Assembly: GCA_949358305.1 (NCBI GenBank)
Contig: OX442314.1
Span: forward strand, 26,164,001-26,228,000
DNA length: 64,000 bases
Direction of reading: 5' to 3'
Source: Strigamia acuminata
Lineage: Eukaryota
The position numbers and the translations under genes are program-made. Below the pieces are notes generated by a model. That model was not told the origin of the DNA. It worked only from the letters and a program-made list of their open reading frames with translations, and searched no databases. This document shows positions 1 to 12,524 of the stretch, in pieces (positions within the stretch are counted from its first letter, which is position 1; each line of letters starts with the position of its first letter).

Positions 1-890
1 CCCAGTGTAATGGGCAGGTTGAAAGATTCAATGCAACAATAGCTGCTGCATTGTCACATCTTTTGACAGAGGGACACGGGGATTGGGATTTGCAAATTGG
101 CAAAGTATTGATGGCATATAGATTTGCGGTTCACAAAGTAACAGGGCACACACCAGTGTTTTTGTTTACATCGCGTGATCCATTTGGAACAATAGATATG
201 TTCACTAGAGATAATTCCAGCTCTGTCAGATACATTGCACACCGCAGTGAGGCAATGCAGAATACATTTGGAAGGGTTAGGAAAGCGTTGAATGATTTTG
301 CTGAGCACCAGCAATTGCAAAGTTTGTCCAAATCAAGGGATAAACAGATAGAAGTAGGAGATTTGGTTTATCTAAAGCATGTGAGGATCAAGCCAGGTGA
401 CATAAGAAAATTGGCACAACCACATCAGGGTCCATTCAGGGTAATTACAAAAATCAATGATGTGAATTATCGGATTAGACTGATGGAGGATCCTTCAAAG
501 GAACAGACAGTTCATGTGGATAGACTAAATAAGATAATGGAGCCAAGGATATATCCATATTTGGAATTTGAAAATGAAGAAGCGGAAGCATCTGGGGAGA
601 GTGAAATACACTCAGAGTCGGATTCTGATGCCGAATTAAACTGGGAAGAGGAAAGAATTTCCCAGAAGAAATGCGCGAGGCAAACAAAAAGGCCGCATGT
701 AGAGGAAGAATTAGTCGAAGTAGAGGAAGCACAAGGCAATGAGCAATTGGTCGACATACAGACTCAGCCATTGACTGAAAATAAGTTTGGTGGGGGCAGA
801 TATCCGCAACGAAATAGGGAACCCACACGACAGTTCAACGAGTATCACTTGACTAAAATATTGTGGAAAATTTTCGGGGAAAAAGAGTAG
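1..890 (+). CDS. C-terminal part of Gypsy (Ty3) integrase, end of pol; 5' part outside window
   Basis: Open frame with integrase C-terminal motifs AYRFAVHKVTGHTP, VGDLVYL, GPF/Y-type 'KLAQPHQGPFRV' and 'VHVDRL'. Confidence 0.88.
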   Translation, partial: QCNGQVERFNATIAAALSHLLTEGHGDWDLQIGKVLMAYRFAVHKVTGHTPVFLFTSRDPFGTIDMFTRDNSSSVRYIAHRSEAMQNTFGRVRKALNDFAEHQQLQSLSKSRDKQIEVGDLVYLKHVRIKPGDIRKLAQPHQGPFRVITKINDVNYRIRLMEDPSKEQTVHVDRLNKIMEPRIYPYLEFENEEAEASGESEIHSESDSDAELNWEEERISQKKCARQTKRPHVEEELVEVEEAQGNEQLVDIQTQPLTENKFGGGRYPQRNREPTRQFNEYHLTKILWKIFGEKE

Positions 891-1145
891 ACAATAGTCC
901 AAAATTGTTGACTAAGAATTCGGAAAAATTCGGGTGTTATTGAAGAAATTAATTGTGAGGATGGTTTAAAAATTTTTCTCCTCCCTCTCCATTTTTTTTT
1001 TAAAAATTAATTTTGTAATTAGGATTTGGATAACGGATTATATGTGTATAAATCTTTTCGTATAAATAGGAATGAAGTTGTTTTGTCAAATGGGGCGAGA
1101 AAGAATTTTCTCTCCTCCTTGTTGTGTATATGTCTAGAAATACTA

Positions 1146-1220
1146 TTAATCTTGGTATTAATCTTGGTGTTAATTTTAGTGTTAATTTTAGTGTTAATTT
1201 TGTTCTGGTTAATTTTGGTA
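1146..1220. repeat. 12-bp tandem repeat (TTAATYTTRGTR)-like, about 6 copies
   Basis: ttaatcttggta ttaatcttggtg ttaattttagtg ttaattttagtg... read directly. Confidence 0.75.
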
Positions 1221-1388
1221 GAATTATTTAAAACATTAAAGGATTGCAAATTTTTGGCGATTCGAAATATATGGTTGAGCGAGCATTGACGGAGCAACTA
1301 CGGCAAGAATGTCGTAATGATGATAGGAGTTAGGCACGGAAAAGAGTCTTTTTTTTTGTGTATGATTCGATGTAAATTTTATTCGAAT

Positions 1389-1977
1389 TTATTCAGGTTT
1401 GTTTGGGTTAAGGGAATCTACGAGACAGTCGGGGTCTCGGATCGTCATCTGCTGACGAAAATGCTCCACGAGAGCGGCTACGTCGTCATCGGCGGCAATG
1501 CCGGGCGCGCTGCAAAGGGAAAGGTTGGAATTGGTTAAATTCGAGAGAAGGAAAAATTTGATTTGATTCTACTTACGGGTTGGAGCTGATGGCGTGTTCG
1601 ACCTCGATGGCAGAATACATGTTTAGGACAAATCCGGGCGGGTCCACGAGCTCAATGGTCGGGGAGAGCGGGCGGTAAATCTCGGCCAAAACCTCGAGTT
1701 CGTCATCGGACGATAAGTAGCACAATGACGGAAAGAAGGTATATTCAAAGTAGTCGGGGAGCGGCGGCTCTTCCATGCCGGCAGGCAAGCGGATCGGGCC
1801 AGCCGTGAGGCTGTGGCCATCGACACTCACGTCCATATGGTCAATGTCGCGAGGAAGTCGCTCGTTGTCCGACGATTCGTCGTCGGCATCGTAGGTTGTC
1901 GTCTCGTCACGGGCGCCATCGTCGTCGTGGTTTTTGCGGCATTGTCGGTTCAAGTCAAAATCACGGGGAAAAACCAT
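1389..1977 (-). CDS. Putative two-exon antisense accessory gene (173 aa, acidic) in the Gypsy 3' region; exons 1977-1577 and 1509-1389
   Basis: ATG at 1977; donor CC|GTAAGT at 1576; pyrimidine tract + CAG acceptor at 1510; splicing of the 67-nt intron keeps the frame open to TAA at 1389; GC-rich island in AT-rich surroundings. Confidence 0.55.
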
Positions 1978-3053
1978 TGTTGGTTGGATTGGCGGCGATG
2001 AAGGTAGATGCAGAATGAAATGTGGATGTGAATGTAAAAATTGATTTTTGGATGCAGACAGGAAGTTGGAATTTTTGAGGTTTTTGTCTTTGATTGGTTT
2101 TCTTATAATCCTAAATGTTGGATTGTGCCAATCATGACAGTTTTAATTATGACACTATGGCAGTAAGGGGAATGCTGGATCACATTTCATTCCAGGAATC
2201 AAGACAGAAGGGGGATTAACTTAAGGGATTAAACGGATTAAAAAGGGGTGAGAAATGCAGACATGGTGACCTTAAGTGTTTTCTTGTTTTATTTTATTAA
2301 TTAAATATATTGGGGCAGTTTTTGCAAATCTTTCTCTTGCCTTTTCCTCTCTCTTGAAAAGTAATATTTTTGTATTGTATCACATGAAATTTTGAAGTTT
2401 TTTTTTTCCCCTCTGTAAATATTTCGAGGTATTATTTTCACGTCATTTTTTTTGTTTGGTGAATTTTTTTCCTCAAAGCAAATGAGTGGTGGTACTGTGT
2501 TTTAATTGTGTTTTAATTGTGTTTTGATTGTGTTTTGTCGCAGAATAATTTAGAATGTGCAATGATTTAGTTGCAAAAGTTCTTTGTGGAGATGATTTTC
2601 TCATTATAATATGTTATGGAATTGTCTAATGCTTAGAAGTTTTTTTTTTTTGGATGTCTGTTATCACAAATAGTGTTTTGTTGTAAAGATAAGTTTGATT
2701 GCAATTTTTTTTATGTATGGAATTTCTTGTGGAAATGATTTTCCCATTATGACATGTGTGAAATTATTGAAATTTGGAAAAGTGAGTTTTTTTTGTATAT
2801 CAAGTCGTTGAGAATTTTAGGATTCTTGCGTTGTATATCTTGTTGATTCATTACGATTTATTAGTGTTTTATTGCAATAAGGTATTGGCAGATGGTAGAT
2901 TGTTAATTATTGTGTAGACATATGGTACATGTCTAATATTGTTGATTGGTGGAATTGTTGTTGGCAATTAGTGAGTGTATCGGATTCCAGGGGACTGGAA
3001 TGATTATGTGTCTCAAATACTCTTGGGACTTAGAGTTTTTGCGACAGGGGAGA

Positions 3054-3967
3054 TGTCGTATGGCAACTGTTGGCTGCTCATACATTTCTGTGGGGCAACT
3101 GTTGGCCATCCATACATCTCTGTGGGACACTTCAGTGAGGCACTTTGATTGGTCAGCCTCGTTTTGAACATTTAGATACCTGCTGTGACACCTGTGATGT
3201 GACTAAGTGATGAGTCACCAATTCCAGGAATACATGGAACCAATCGGCAAAAGGGATTAAGCAGAGGAGGAGCTTGGTGAGTCATCAACTCTCTGTTTAG
3301 CATGGAAAATGGCATTGGTGATGACACTATTGGGATTAACAAGGGTGGGAACTAACATTCCTGCACTTGTGAAAGAGATAGTGGAAACACAGTGTGTGCA
3401 GAACAAGTTTGCAGTTAGATGTTGTCTTGACCAGTTCACCCAGAGAGCAGTTCCAAGCAGCCCAGACCAAGCAGTAGAAGTTAGGCCACTTCAACCTGTT
3501 CCAAGCCAATTCTAAAGACCAACTAGAATTATGGATCCAGAGAAGACCTTCCTGAAACTTCAAGGAACCTTGGCTAAGAATCCAGAATGCCACATCTAAG
3601 TAGAACATTGGAACATTCAGGGAGAAGCAGTGTGAAGTGTGTGTCTTTGTGTGTGAAGCAGACAAAGGAAAAGATCTGTGAGTACCAAATTTGCCACCAT
3701 TTGCAATTTTTCTGTTTCTTGAATGTGTTAGATTTAACCAATGTTAGCTTTGTGTATTTGTAGTTTAGTTAGTATGGTATTATGTCTTGTAATTACATAT
3801 ACCATTTGGTAGTATTTGATAGTATTGTGTTAGGAATTTTGGTGTGAACCAGCCTTTTGTATAAAGGCAAATTAAATAAACTTTTGTTCTTTTCTATTTT
3901 CAACTTTCAATGTGTTTGCTTTATTTGAATCTAATTTCCACCGAGCCAAAGAACCCACTTTGCCACA
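3054..3967 (+). mobile_element. Probable 3' LTR of the Gypsy element
   Basis: Purine tract AGGGGAGA (3046-3053) followed by TGT; TATAAA (~3860) and AATAAA (~3875) then ...GCCACA end. The partner LTR is outside the window, so boundaries are unverified. Confidence 0.5.
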
Positions 3968-5015
3968 CATGCATTAATTTGATTTATTTTGATACGGAGT
4001 AGAATAAAATCCACACACAATTAAATTTTTTTGTGAACTGTCAAAAAGTGTAAAAGATAAATTTTCGTGATAAAATTGACATTTAGAAATGTTGTGTAAT
4101 ATTTTGTTAACTTGTAGTGTAAAATTGTGGCAATAGTTGAGACCAAATCACTGGACCAAAGCATTTTTAATAAAGTTGGTTTTCAAGGATGCAAACTTGA
4201 AAAAGACGGATTTGATTTAGTAAGTATCAAAAATGCGTTTTTACGGACAATGTAAGTTATATTCATGCCCGATTTCACCACACCAAAATTATACTACCGT
4301 ACGTATCCCATTCTGCACGGATGATTTCCTGATGTATTTCCCTTGGTAATAAATCCCGTAAAAATAATACATTTATGCGTGTAAATTTTATAAAGAATGG
4401 AACAACACTCAAGAAGCCAGTACTGTAGCGAAAGATAAAAAAACCATAGACCAGACGATTGATGCAGTGAAACTTTATTGTTTTAACAATAAACTATTAC
4501 AGTGAACAGTGTAGATAGTTTACTAAAGGAATTCTACCTGATCCTGCATCATTGCAATTGGTGGATGTTTCCAGTATTGCTAACAGGGTATTTGGAACAA
4601 AATTAGTGGCCAGAAGGCAGTTGCATGATTTTTCAAATTTGGAGTCCGCTGTAGAACACGTGGAAGAACCTGTTATAATGTTGCTGTGAATCCATATAAA
4701 CAGCTAGTATATGCAGTGGTGTGGAAAAACATAGCAGGTGATAAAAGCACACATCATCACAGGTGAGAATCAAACATCAAGTGATTTTATTCAATGGTCA
4801 TGTGACCTAATATGACAGGAGCCACCTGTTGGCAGCATACAGACACTGTATGTAAACAAAGAGTGCAAACGCTTGCGTTTGCTTAATATACACACATACA
4901 CCGTGCGATTAAATAATACGATACATAGATATAGTTACATGTGCATAAATGGTCATTAGTGTACACAATATCTTAACAATCGGCCCCCCGTATTATTTAT
5001 ATACTTTGTTCCGTA

Positions 5016-5289
5016 TCAAGCACGCAGAAAGGTTAAATCAATTAGGAAACGATCGCAAAACTTTACTAGGTCAGCTTTGTCGACCGATTTTGTGAAAATA
5101 TCCGCATAATTCGATTTCGTGTCCACGTGAACGATCTGAAGATTATCTCTTCTAACGAGCTCTCTGATGAAGTGGTAACGTATATCGATGTGCTTCGTCT
5201 TACGATTTTCAACGCAGGATTTCGTAAAGTCTACCGTTGAAATGTTGTCGCACATGACAAAATGAGAGAATCTACTCGCCAATATAGGA
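5016..5289 (-). CDS. Remainder of outer Copia RNase H, beyond the nested insertion
   Basis: MCDN...RKTKHIDIRYHFIRE...ADIFTK; joins in frame to ...VLHEIS once 5295-12524 and one TSD copy are removed. Confidence 0.92.
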
Positions 5290-6116
5290 GAAATTGTAGG
5301 CAAGTGAAGCGCAAAACGGTGCGAATAACACCGGTGGAAGCGTGTATTTAGCACGGAAGGCGCCGTCTCGACCCGAGACGAACGTAACACGGACGTTTTG
5401 CCGTGAAAAACAAGTGCGCGTGGCCTAATGCCACTTATCTGCGCAAAAACTATAAACTAAGCACTTATAAACGTGCTAGGTTAACTGGCAATGAGTTAAA
5501 ACAATAAAATATAATGTTTAATCGAAATAATGCTTACATGTAATGTTCCTATTCATTTGAAAAGGTTGGAAAACATCCTCGCACCTGTGTGCGGCCATCT
5601 TGGGTGAGAATAACAAACGATAACACCATCTGGTGTTAGAATTGGGCAATATAAAAAGGAAAATATTACAAGATGCATGATGCCACATGCATTTGATGGA
5701 AAACTAACAGCAAGGTGCTTAATGCACTTAAATATAACACAATCACGTACAATTGTACGGAATACAACTTGGAACATATCCAAAATAAGAAATACATTGA
5801 AAAGAGTCAATAAACGGTAAATAACATAATGAATACTGAATAATCATTGATAACATCGACTCAAATAATAATTTGTGATCCGTACCGAATCATATGACCA
5901 ACAAATCCCCCCATGATTCGATACTGATCTGGGAAACTGGATAAACAACTGAAAAAGTAACACGAGAATTATGGTGTACCGATGTGTGAAAACCAAAAAT
6001 AATAGATCGAATCATCGTGCCGGGTACTGTAACACAATCACAATAAAGCCCGAAAATTCCCACAGAACACGACGATCCTCGAAGTCGGTAGAATAACTTA
6101 AGAATGTCTTAGTCGG

Positions 6117-9100
6117 TTAAAGTTGAAAAATCCCTCCAATCAGTTTGTTAAGACGGTCGGACGACAGCCATTTGGTAAAAATGTCTGCAATGTTGACGTC
6201 GCCGGGAATTTTTCAAAGTTGAAATCGCTTGGCCACATACCACTCCCTCAACCAATGGTACCTCACGCGAATGTGCTTAGTCTTGCTATTCTCGACATCG
6301 TTCGACGTGAATTGAATCGATGCGAGAGCGTCGGAGTATACGATTGGCGATGATAAACGATTAAGAAATGGGAGTTGATGGAATACATGATCGAGCCAGT
6401 ATAGTTCTTTCACGCATTCCACGAGGGCGATGAATTCAGCCTCCATCGTGGAACACGCTACTGACGATTGCTTTTTACAGCTCCATCCGATGGGTATGTT
6501 GCCAATAAAGGTAATGAAACCGCCGAAACTCAGAGATGTTGCGGTGTCGGAGGCCCACGAAGCGTCGGTACATGCCCAAAGTTGGCTCGAGTTGCATCCG
6601 GAAAGTTCGATCATGTAGTCGGCCGTATTTGCTACGTATCTCAAAACTTGAAGTAATGCCCGAATATGTGATTCATCGTAGCAGTTGTTGTATTGGGACA
6701 AAGCGATGATCGAATACAAAATGTCCGGACGTGTTCTTGAAGCCAAAAAGAGTAATGATCCGATTAGCGAGCGGTATGGAAAATCTGGTAAATTTTCCTT
6801 CGATCCTTTCACGAGCGTCGTTCCTACTGTGACCGGAACTTTGATCATCCGATCCGGTGTGATATCGAACTTCTTGAGAATTTTTGCAATATATGCACGC
6901 TGTGAAATGAAAGTTCGGCCCGCGGATCTAATAAACTCTACGCCGAGCAACTTCGAAATGGGTCCGAGATTGACGATTTGAAATTTCGTTGAGATCAATT
7001 GAATAAGGTGCGTTAAGACGTTGTCGGTTGCGTAGAATAAAACTATATCGTCCACGTAGACTAGCATAATAGCCGATTTCCCGAATACGTAAACGCAGTT
7101 GCACGCCGGTAATTTGCGGAAACCGAGTGCACGAAGAGTCTCATCAAGCTTTTCATACCATTGTCGGCCTGATTGGTGAAGGCCGTACAATGACTTGATC
7201 AATAACCAGACGTTGTTCGGGTTCGAGCAAGTAGCGCCGGCTGGAATTCGCATGTAGACGCGATGTTCGAGGTCCCCGTATAGGTATGCGCACTTCACAT
7301 CCAAGTGCGCATCCTTCCATCCGAGTAGAGAGACGAGGAGACAAAAGAAGAATCGAATCAATACAAAATTAACGACGGGGCTGAAGACTTCATCGTAGTC
7401 CACTCCAAGCGTCTGGCGAAAGCCTTGTGCGACAAGTCGGGCTCGATAACGAGAAATCTTCCCGGTAGTGTCGGTCTTTAGCTTGAATATCCATTTGCAT
7501 CCGAGGATCGTAGTGTCGGGCGGTCGTGGTACTTCCTGATAAACCTCACGTTCTTTAAACGTTCCCAACTCCTCGTCTATGGCTTCACGCCATTTCGGTG
7601 CATCGTGGAATTTTGGAATTTCGGCGAAAGATGCGGGTTCCGTTCGACAGAGGTGAGCCACATGTCTGGCAGGGATCGTAGGCGTAGTATATTCAATACT
7701 GCCAAAGAAAAAGAGTTCCGGATTATATTCGAGATGGTTAAATTGACAATATTTCTCGATGTCCCCGCGTGAACGTAGTCGCACATCCGGTTCCGGGAAA
7801 TAATATACATCGGTGTCAATCTTTCCGGGTCTCTGATCCTTGCGGAGATGTTCTTCACGTCTCCAACGTGCGCAATGCGAATCTCCCCCGACATATCTCC
7901 ATTTGTAAGCGGTCCTATGTGCAGATATAGGTGCTACTTCAGTCCCTTCAGTTCCTTGGAGGGGAGCTGGGGACATAGGGGCAGCATCGAAGACCGGTAT
8001 CGTATGTTGGAGAACGGAGGTAGCCGCTCTTCTTCGTGTCGTCACGAATCTGCGTGGAGAACCAGGTTGAGACACTGGGGGTGATGTTTGAGGTGAAGTT
8101 TGTGGTGACATGTGAGGAGAAGTGTAGTTAGACATTGGCACGAGAGAAACTTCATCGATATCATCAATGTCCCGATCCGTGTCATCACCTAGATTGCTGT
8201 CGGAACTCGGCAATCTCAAAGCACACGCTTCTTGAAATTGACGTTCCGGTGTCTGGAATTGTGCAGATGCAGCCGAACTCGAACTCTCTTCTAGAGGAGG
8301 CATGTCAGATTCTTCATCTGACGACGAGCTGCCATCTTCCGAATCTGCTGTTTTCGACCAGCGGACATATGTGATGTTATCGTCGAAATTGACATGAGGT
8401 CCAGATTGGTTAGGTGGACGTTGGGGCGACTCGAAAGATGTTCGGTTCCCGTTGCGCAATGATTTGCGGTAAGTAATTCGTTCGTCGATCTTTACGTGTA
8501 TGGATTCGACGACTTTATTATCAACGGGATTCCAAATACGATAACCACGAGTACCAGTGGCGTATCCGACCAAATATCCCTCCCATGCACGTGCTTCGAA
8601 CTTATTCCTGCCCGGTGCAGTGTAATGCACCCAGCATTTGGATCCGAGTTTACGAAGGTGACGGAGAGACAATGCACGTTGACGCCAAAGAATATACGGT
8701 ACTTCGTTCTTAAGACGGGAATGAGGCGATCGATTTTTGAGATATGCGAAAGTCACTGCGAATTCGGCCCAAAGTTCATCCGGAAGGCGGGTTTCCTCAA
8801 GAGTTGCACGAACGTTATCGATCATCGTGCGGTTAATGCGCTCTGCCGTTCCGTTCATCTGAGGGCTCGATGGATTAGTCCGTTGACCTTCAATTCCCTT
8901 ATCTTTGAGGTATCGGAGGAACTCGTTTGACATAAATTCCCCCCCTCGGTCGGAACGAATAGCTTTGATGCGTGTGCCGGCGACGTTTTCGATCCGAGCG
9001 ACAAAGTCTTTAAACACACCAAAAACCTGTGACTTTTGGGCCATCGGGATGATCCAAGAATAGCGGGTCGCATCATCGATAACAGTAAGAACGTAGCGTG

Positions 9101-11045
9101 CACCGCCAAAAGAAGTCATAGGCGCCGGTCCCCACACGTCCATATGGAGCAGATCCAACGCCGTTGTTGAAACAGGATGTGGATCGGGTTTATGAGACGC
9201 ACGAATAGATTTGGCGATACGGCAATGGTTGCAAGCCAACTCTTTGGAGACTTCTCCGGATTCGACGCCATAAACTTGTTCGTTGGCAGCCAGAAGGCGC
9301 ATCGCAGCCGTGTGTAAATGTCCAAGACGGCTATGCCAAATGCCCGTCGCATCCTGCTTGGACGTAGGAGCGGCCACCTTCTTCGGATTTGACGGCGAAG
9401 AGGTGTTCGGAGGGGAAGTCGAGGAGATTGACTTGAGGGCATTGGTATAGGACTGGAGAGGAGGAACGGCTGCGGGAGGAAGTGATGTAGAAGGAGGTAA
9501 AGGAGGTGAAGTCGACTGCGGTGCAGGAATGGCATTAGGAATGGGCGGAATTGGGGTCGGCGGAGGTGAGTTCGCAACGTCGAATCGAAAATCCGTAATG
9601 TGTCGAGGTTGAGACTTCTTCTTCGACTTCGGGATTTTGACAAAATCTTCCTCGACGGTAACCATTGTTCGTACCGGAGGGGTTTGTGAGGAAGTCGGCG
9701 GCGGAACAGTCGAAACAGTCGTAGAAATCGTCGCAGAAGAACATAATCCATCGACATAGTAAAGTCCACCCTTTTCCTTAGCACGTAGCACCGGACTACG
9801 AGCGTCTGTCTGATATATGTTGACTTCTCCTTTAAAAATATGAATATGATGTTCGTTTTTATCGATCTTCGAAACGGAGATAAGGTTGGCCTCGAAGTTT
9901 GGAGCAAAAAGGACATCTCGAAGGTTAACGATGCACTCGCATCCATCGATGAGCGTTTGAATGCGAACCGTGCCTTTGCCGGTGACCTGAGAATGGCCCT
10001 GTCCGAGTTCGATGTCGAAAGGCACAACTGTCACAAAGTCGACAAACCACGACTGCACGTGTGAAACGTGGTCGGTTGCCCCGCAGTCTACAATCCATTC
10101 ATGGCCTTGCATGAAATGCACCGTCGGAGATTGAACCAGATGCGGAGGGGCGTTCACGAAAAAGTTCGATTCTCTTCGGACTTGAGAATTGCCTCGTGGT
10201 TTACCGTCTGCCGGTTTCGAAGCAGTGTTCTTGTTGCGGCGTCGGCTCTTACTTCGCGACGGACGTTGCAGAGATACAGCCGGAAGTGGTTGGCGATTGT
10301 CCTGTCGCGGTTTAGGGCACTTATTAGCGTAGTGTCCTTTTTCGCCGCAATTAAAGCATGTCACGGATTCAATTGGACGGGGTGTTCGGTTTCGATTACG
10401 ACCACGGTCCGATGCGTAGGCCGATGAGTTACCGGAAGTATCACGTGAAGAATATGTCTTAAGACGCATATACTCCGCAAGAAGCTGATCCGAGACGATG
10501 TTAGGTTTGAATTTGTCGTCATCCCAGTGGTAAATGGCGAAGGAAACTTGAGAATATTCGGGAGGTAACATGTCCAAATATTGATAAGCTTGGTGGTCGG
10601 GTGAAACTGTTTCTCCGATGTCGGTGAGTTTGCGGACGTGGTAGTCCACCCGGCCAAGGAAATCAGCCATTTCTTCGTTTTTGTCGATATGAAGATTGAG
10701 GAATTCTCGTCGAAGAGCGGCTTTGCGCGCGCGGGAACTGGGCGCGTAGATTTTGGCTAATGCGTCCCAGCCTTCCTTCGGGGTTTTGACAGAATCGAGG
10801 GCTGATTTCTTCGCTTCACTCAAATGAATGTAAAGCAGACCCAAAGCTTTATCCTTTTTTCTTTGAAATTTGAGTTTCTCCTTTTCGGTGGCCGTAACAA
10901 GAAAGTCTTTTTCATTTTCTTCGGTGATGTGGTGCCAAAGCCCCTCAGCTTTGAGGAGCATTCGCATCGATCGCGACCACATCTCGTAGTTGCCGATGGC
11001 GAGTATCGGTACGTGACCACCGGAAGTATTCGAGCCTTTCTGCAT
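6117..11045 (-). CDS. Inner Copia Gag-Pol (1610 aa to an in-frame TGA at 6213-6215; the RNase H tail continues to TAA at ~6117)
   Basis: CFNCGEKGHYANKC, WIVDCGA, WHSRLGH, IRSDRGGEF, NGTAER, YRARLVAQGF, VYVDD, TDASWA, STMEAEF; after the stop the same frame reads KIPGDVNIADIFTKWL. Confidence 0.94.
7703..7875 (-). other. MBD-like (methyl-CpG-binding) domain in inner Copia polyprotein
   Basis: WRREEHLRKDQRPGKIDTDVYYFPEPDVRLRSRGDIEKYC...FFF matches the MBD pattern W-R-x-R...DVYY...LRS...YL/C...F-x-F. Confidence 0.82.
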
Positions 11046-12524
11046 CGTGATGAAGACGAAGGCACAAACGCGGAGATAAACTAGTGTTGGGAGTGGCGAT
11101 GTCGGCGATAAGCGATAAATCGAAGCACGAAAACCGACGAAATAGCACTAAAACGGCGCACAAAACACGGATTCCGTAGCACAAACACGACACGGCACTG
11201 TTCCCACGTGGATCGAAGCGGAATACCAAAAATGGGCGACAACTTCTGAAGTTGTCAAATAACCTCCGGTTGCCAGTCTGAGAGGGTCCGTTCGACTGCC
11301 TGGAGCCGCGGGAAACCTCACTTGTACCACGACAAGCACAACCGGAGAATACAACGGCGCTTACTCGGATTCGAGTGAAGGGCGCCGAGGATACTAAGTG
11401 TCCCACACCAAAATCCCCCTTAAAAACTAACAAAGGTAATACGACTACTGAAAGGGAAGTATTGATTAATTCGGTGCGGTGAAAAACCGATTGATGTGCG
11501 ATTATTTGGCCAAATCGCATTTGATCGCCGAAAAAGCGATAAATCGTCGAAAATCGATATAAATCGTCGATACTGCCGTGCACCGGGGCACTAAGCAGCG
11601 GGAATCGCCCGTTTCTAGTGGTAAACGTCGCGAAGACGTTGTCGTACAAGGAAAATCGGCGAAAAACCTGAAAAATATGAAATTTGCCGGAAAATTCGCG
11701 TAGCCCGCGGAATTTTCGGCAAAATTAAGGAATGAGGCGTCGTAAGAACGTCGAATCAACGTCGCTAAGACGTTGGCAAGACGAAAATCGGTGGAAAATA
11801 GTGACGAAAATCTGAAAATAGATAAATGCTGCAAAAATTCGCGATAAACGCGAAAATTTTGCAGTAAATTAACGAAAATTGCACAGTGGATCGTCTCCAG
11901 CGCTCTGCTACCACTTGTAGGCAAGTGAAGCGCAAAACGGTGCGAATAACACCGGTGGAAGCGTGTATTTAGCACGGAAGGCGCCGTCTCGACCCGAGAC
12001 GAACGTAACACGGACGTTTTGCCGTGAAAAACAAGTGCGCGTGGCCTAATGCCACTTATCTGCGCAAAAACTATAAACTAAGCACTTATAAACGTGCTAG
12101 GTTAACTGGCAATGAGTTAAAACAATAAAATATAATGTTTAATCGAAATAATGCTTACATGTAATGTTCCTATTCATTTGAAAAGGTTGGAAAACATCCT
12201 CGCACCTGTGTGCGGCCATCTTGGGTGAGAATAACAAACGATAACACCATCTGGTGTTAGAATTGGGCAATATAAAAAGGAAAATATTACAAGATGCATG
12301 ATGCCACATGCATTTGATGGAAAACTAACAGCAAGGTGCTTAATGCACTTAAATATAACACAATCACGTACAATTGTACGGAATACAACTTGGAACATAT
12401 CCAAAATAAGAAATACATTGAAAAGAGTCAATAAACGGTAAATAACATAATGAATACTGAATAATCATTGATAACATCGACTCAAATAATAATTTGTGAT
12501 CCGTACCGAATCATATGACCAACA

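Larger units (their letters stand above)
5295..12524 (-). mobile_element. Inner Ty1/Copia LTR retrotransposon (CopiaMBD-like) nested in the outer Copia
   Basis: 609-bp LTRs 5295-5903 and 11916-12524 (TGTAGG...CCAACA, no difference seen), TSD GAAAT (5290-5294/12525-12529), PBS TGGTAGCAGAGC (tRNA-iMet 3' end), PPT GGGGGGATT next to 5903. Confidence 0.96.

Noticed and set aside
1026..1289. Hydrophobic ORF as env transmembrane segment
   Set aside because: The (LILV)n run is produced by a 12-bp tandem repeat; no ectodomain or cleavage motif.
5553..5810. Duplicated 85-aa ORF (also 12174-12431)
   Set aside because: LTR sequence of the inner Copia, non-ATG start, no coding evidence.
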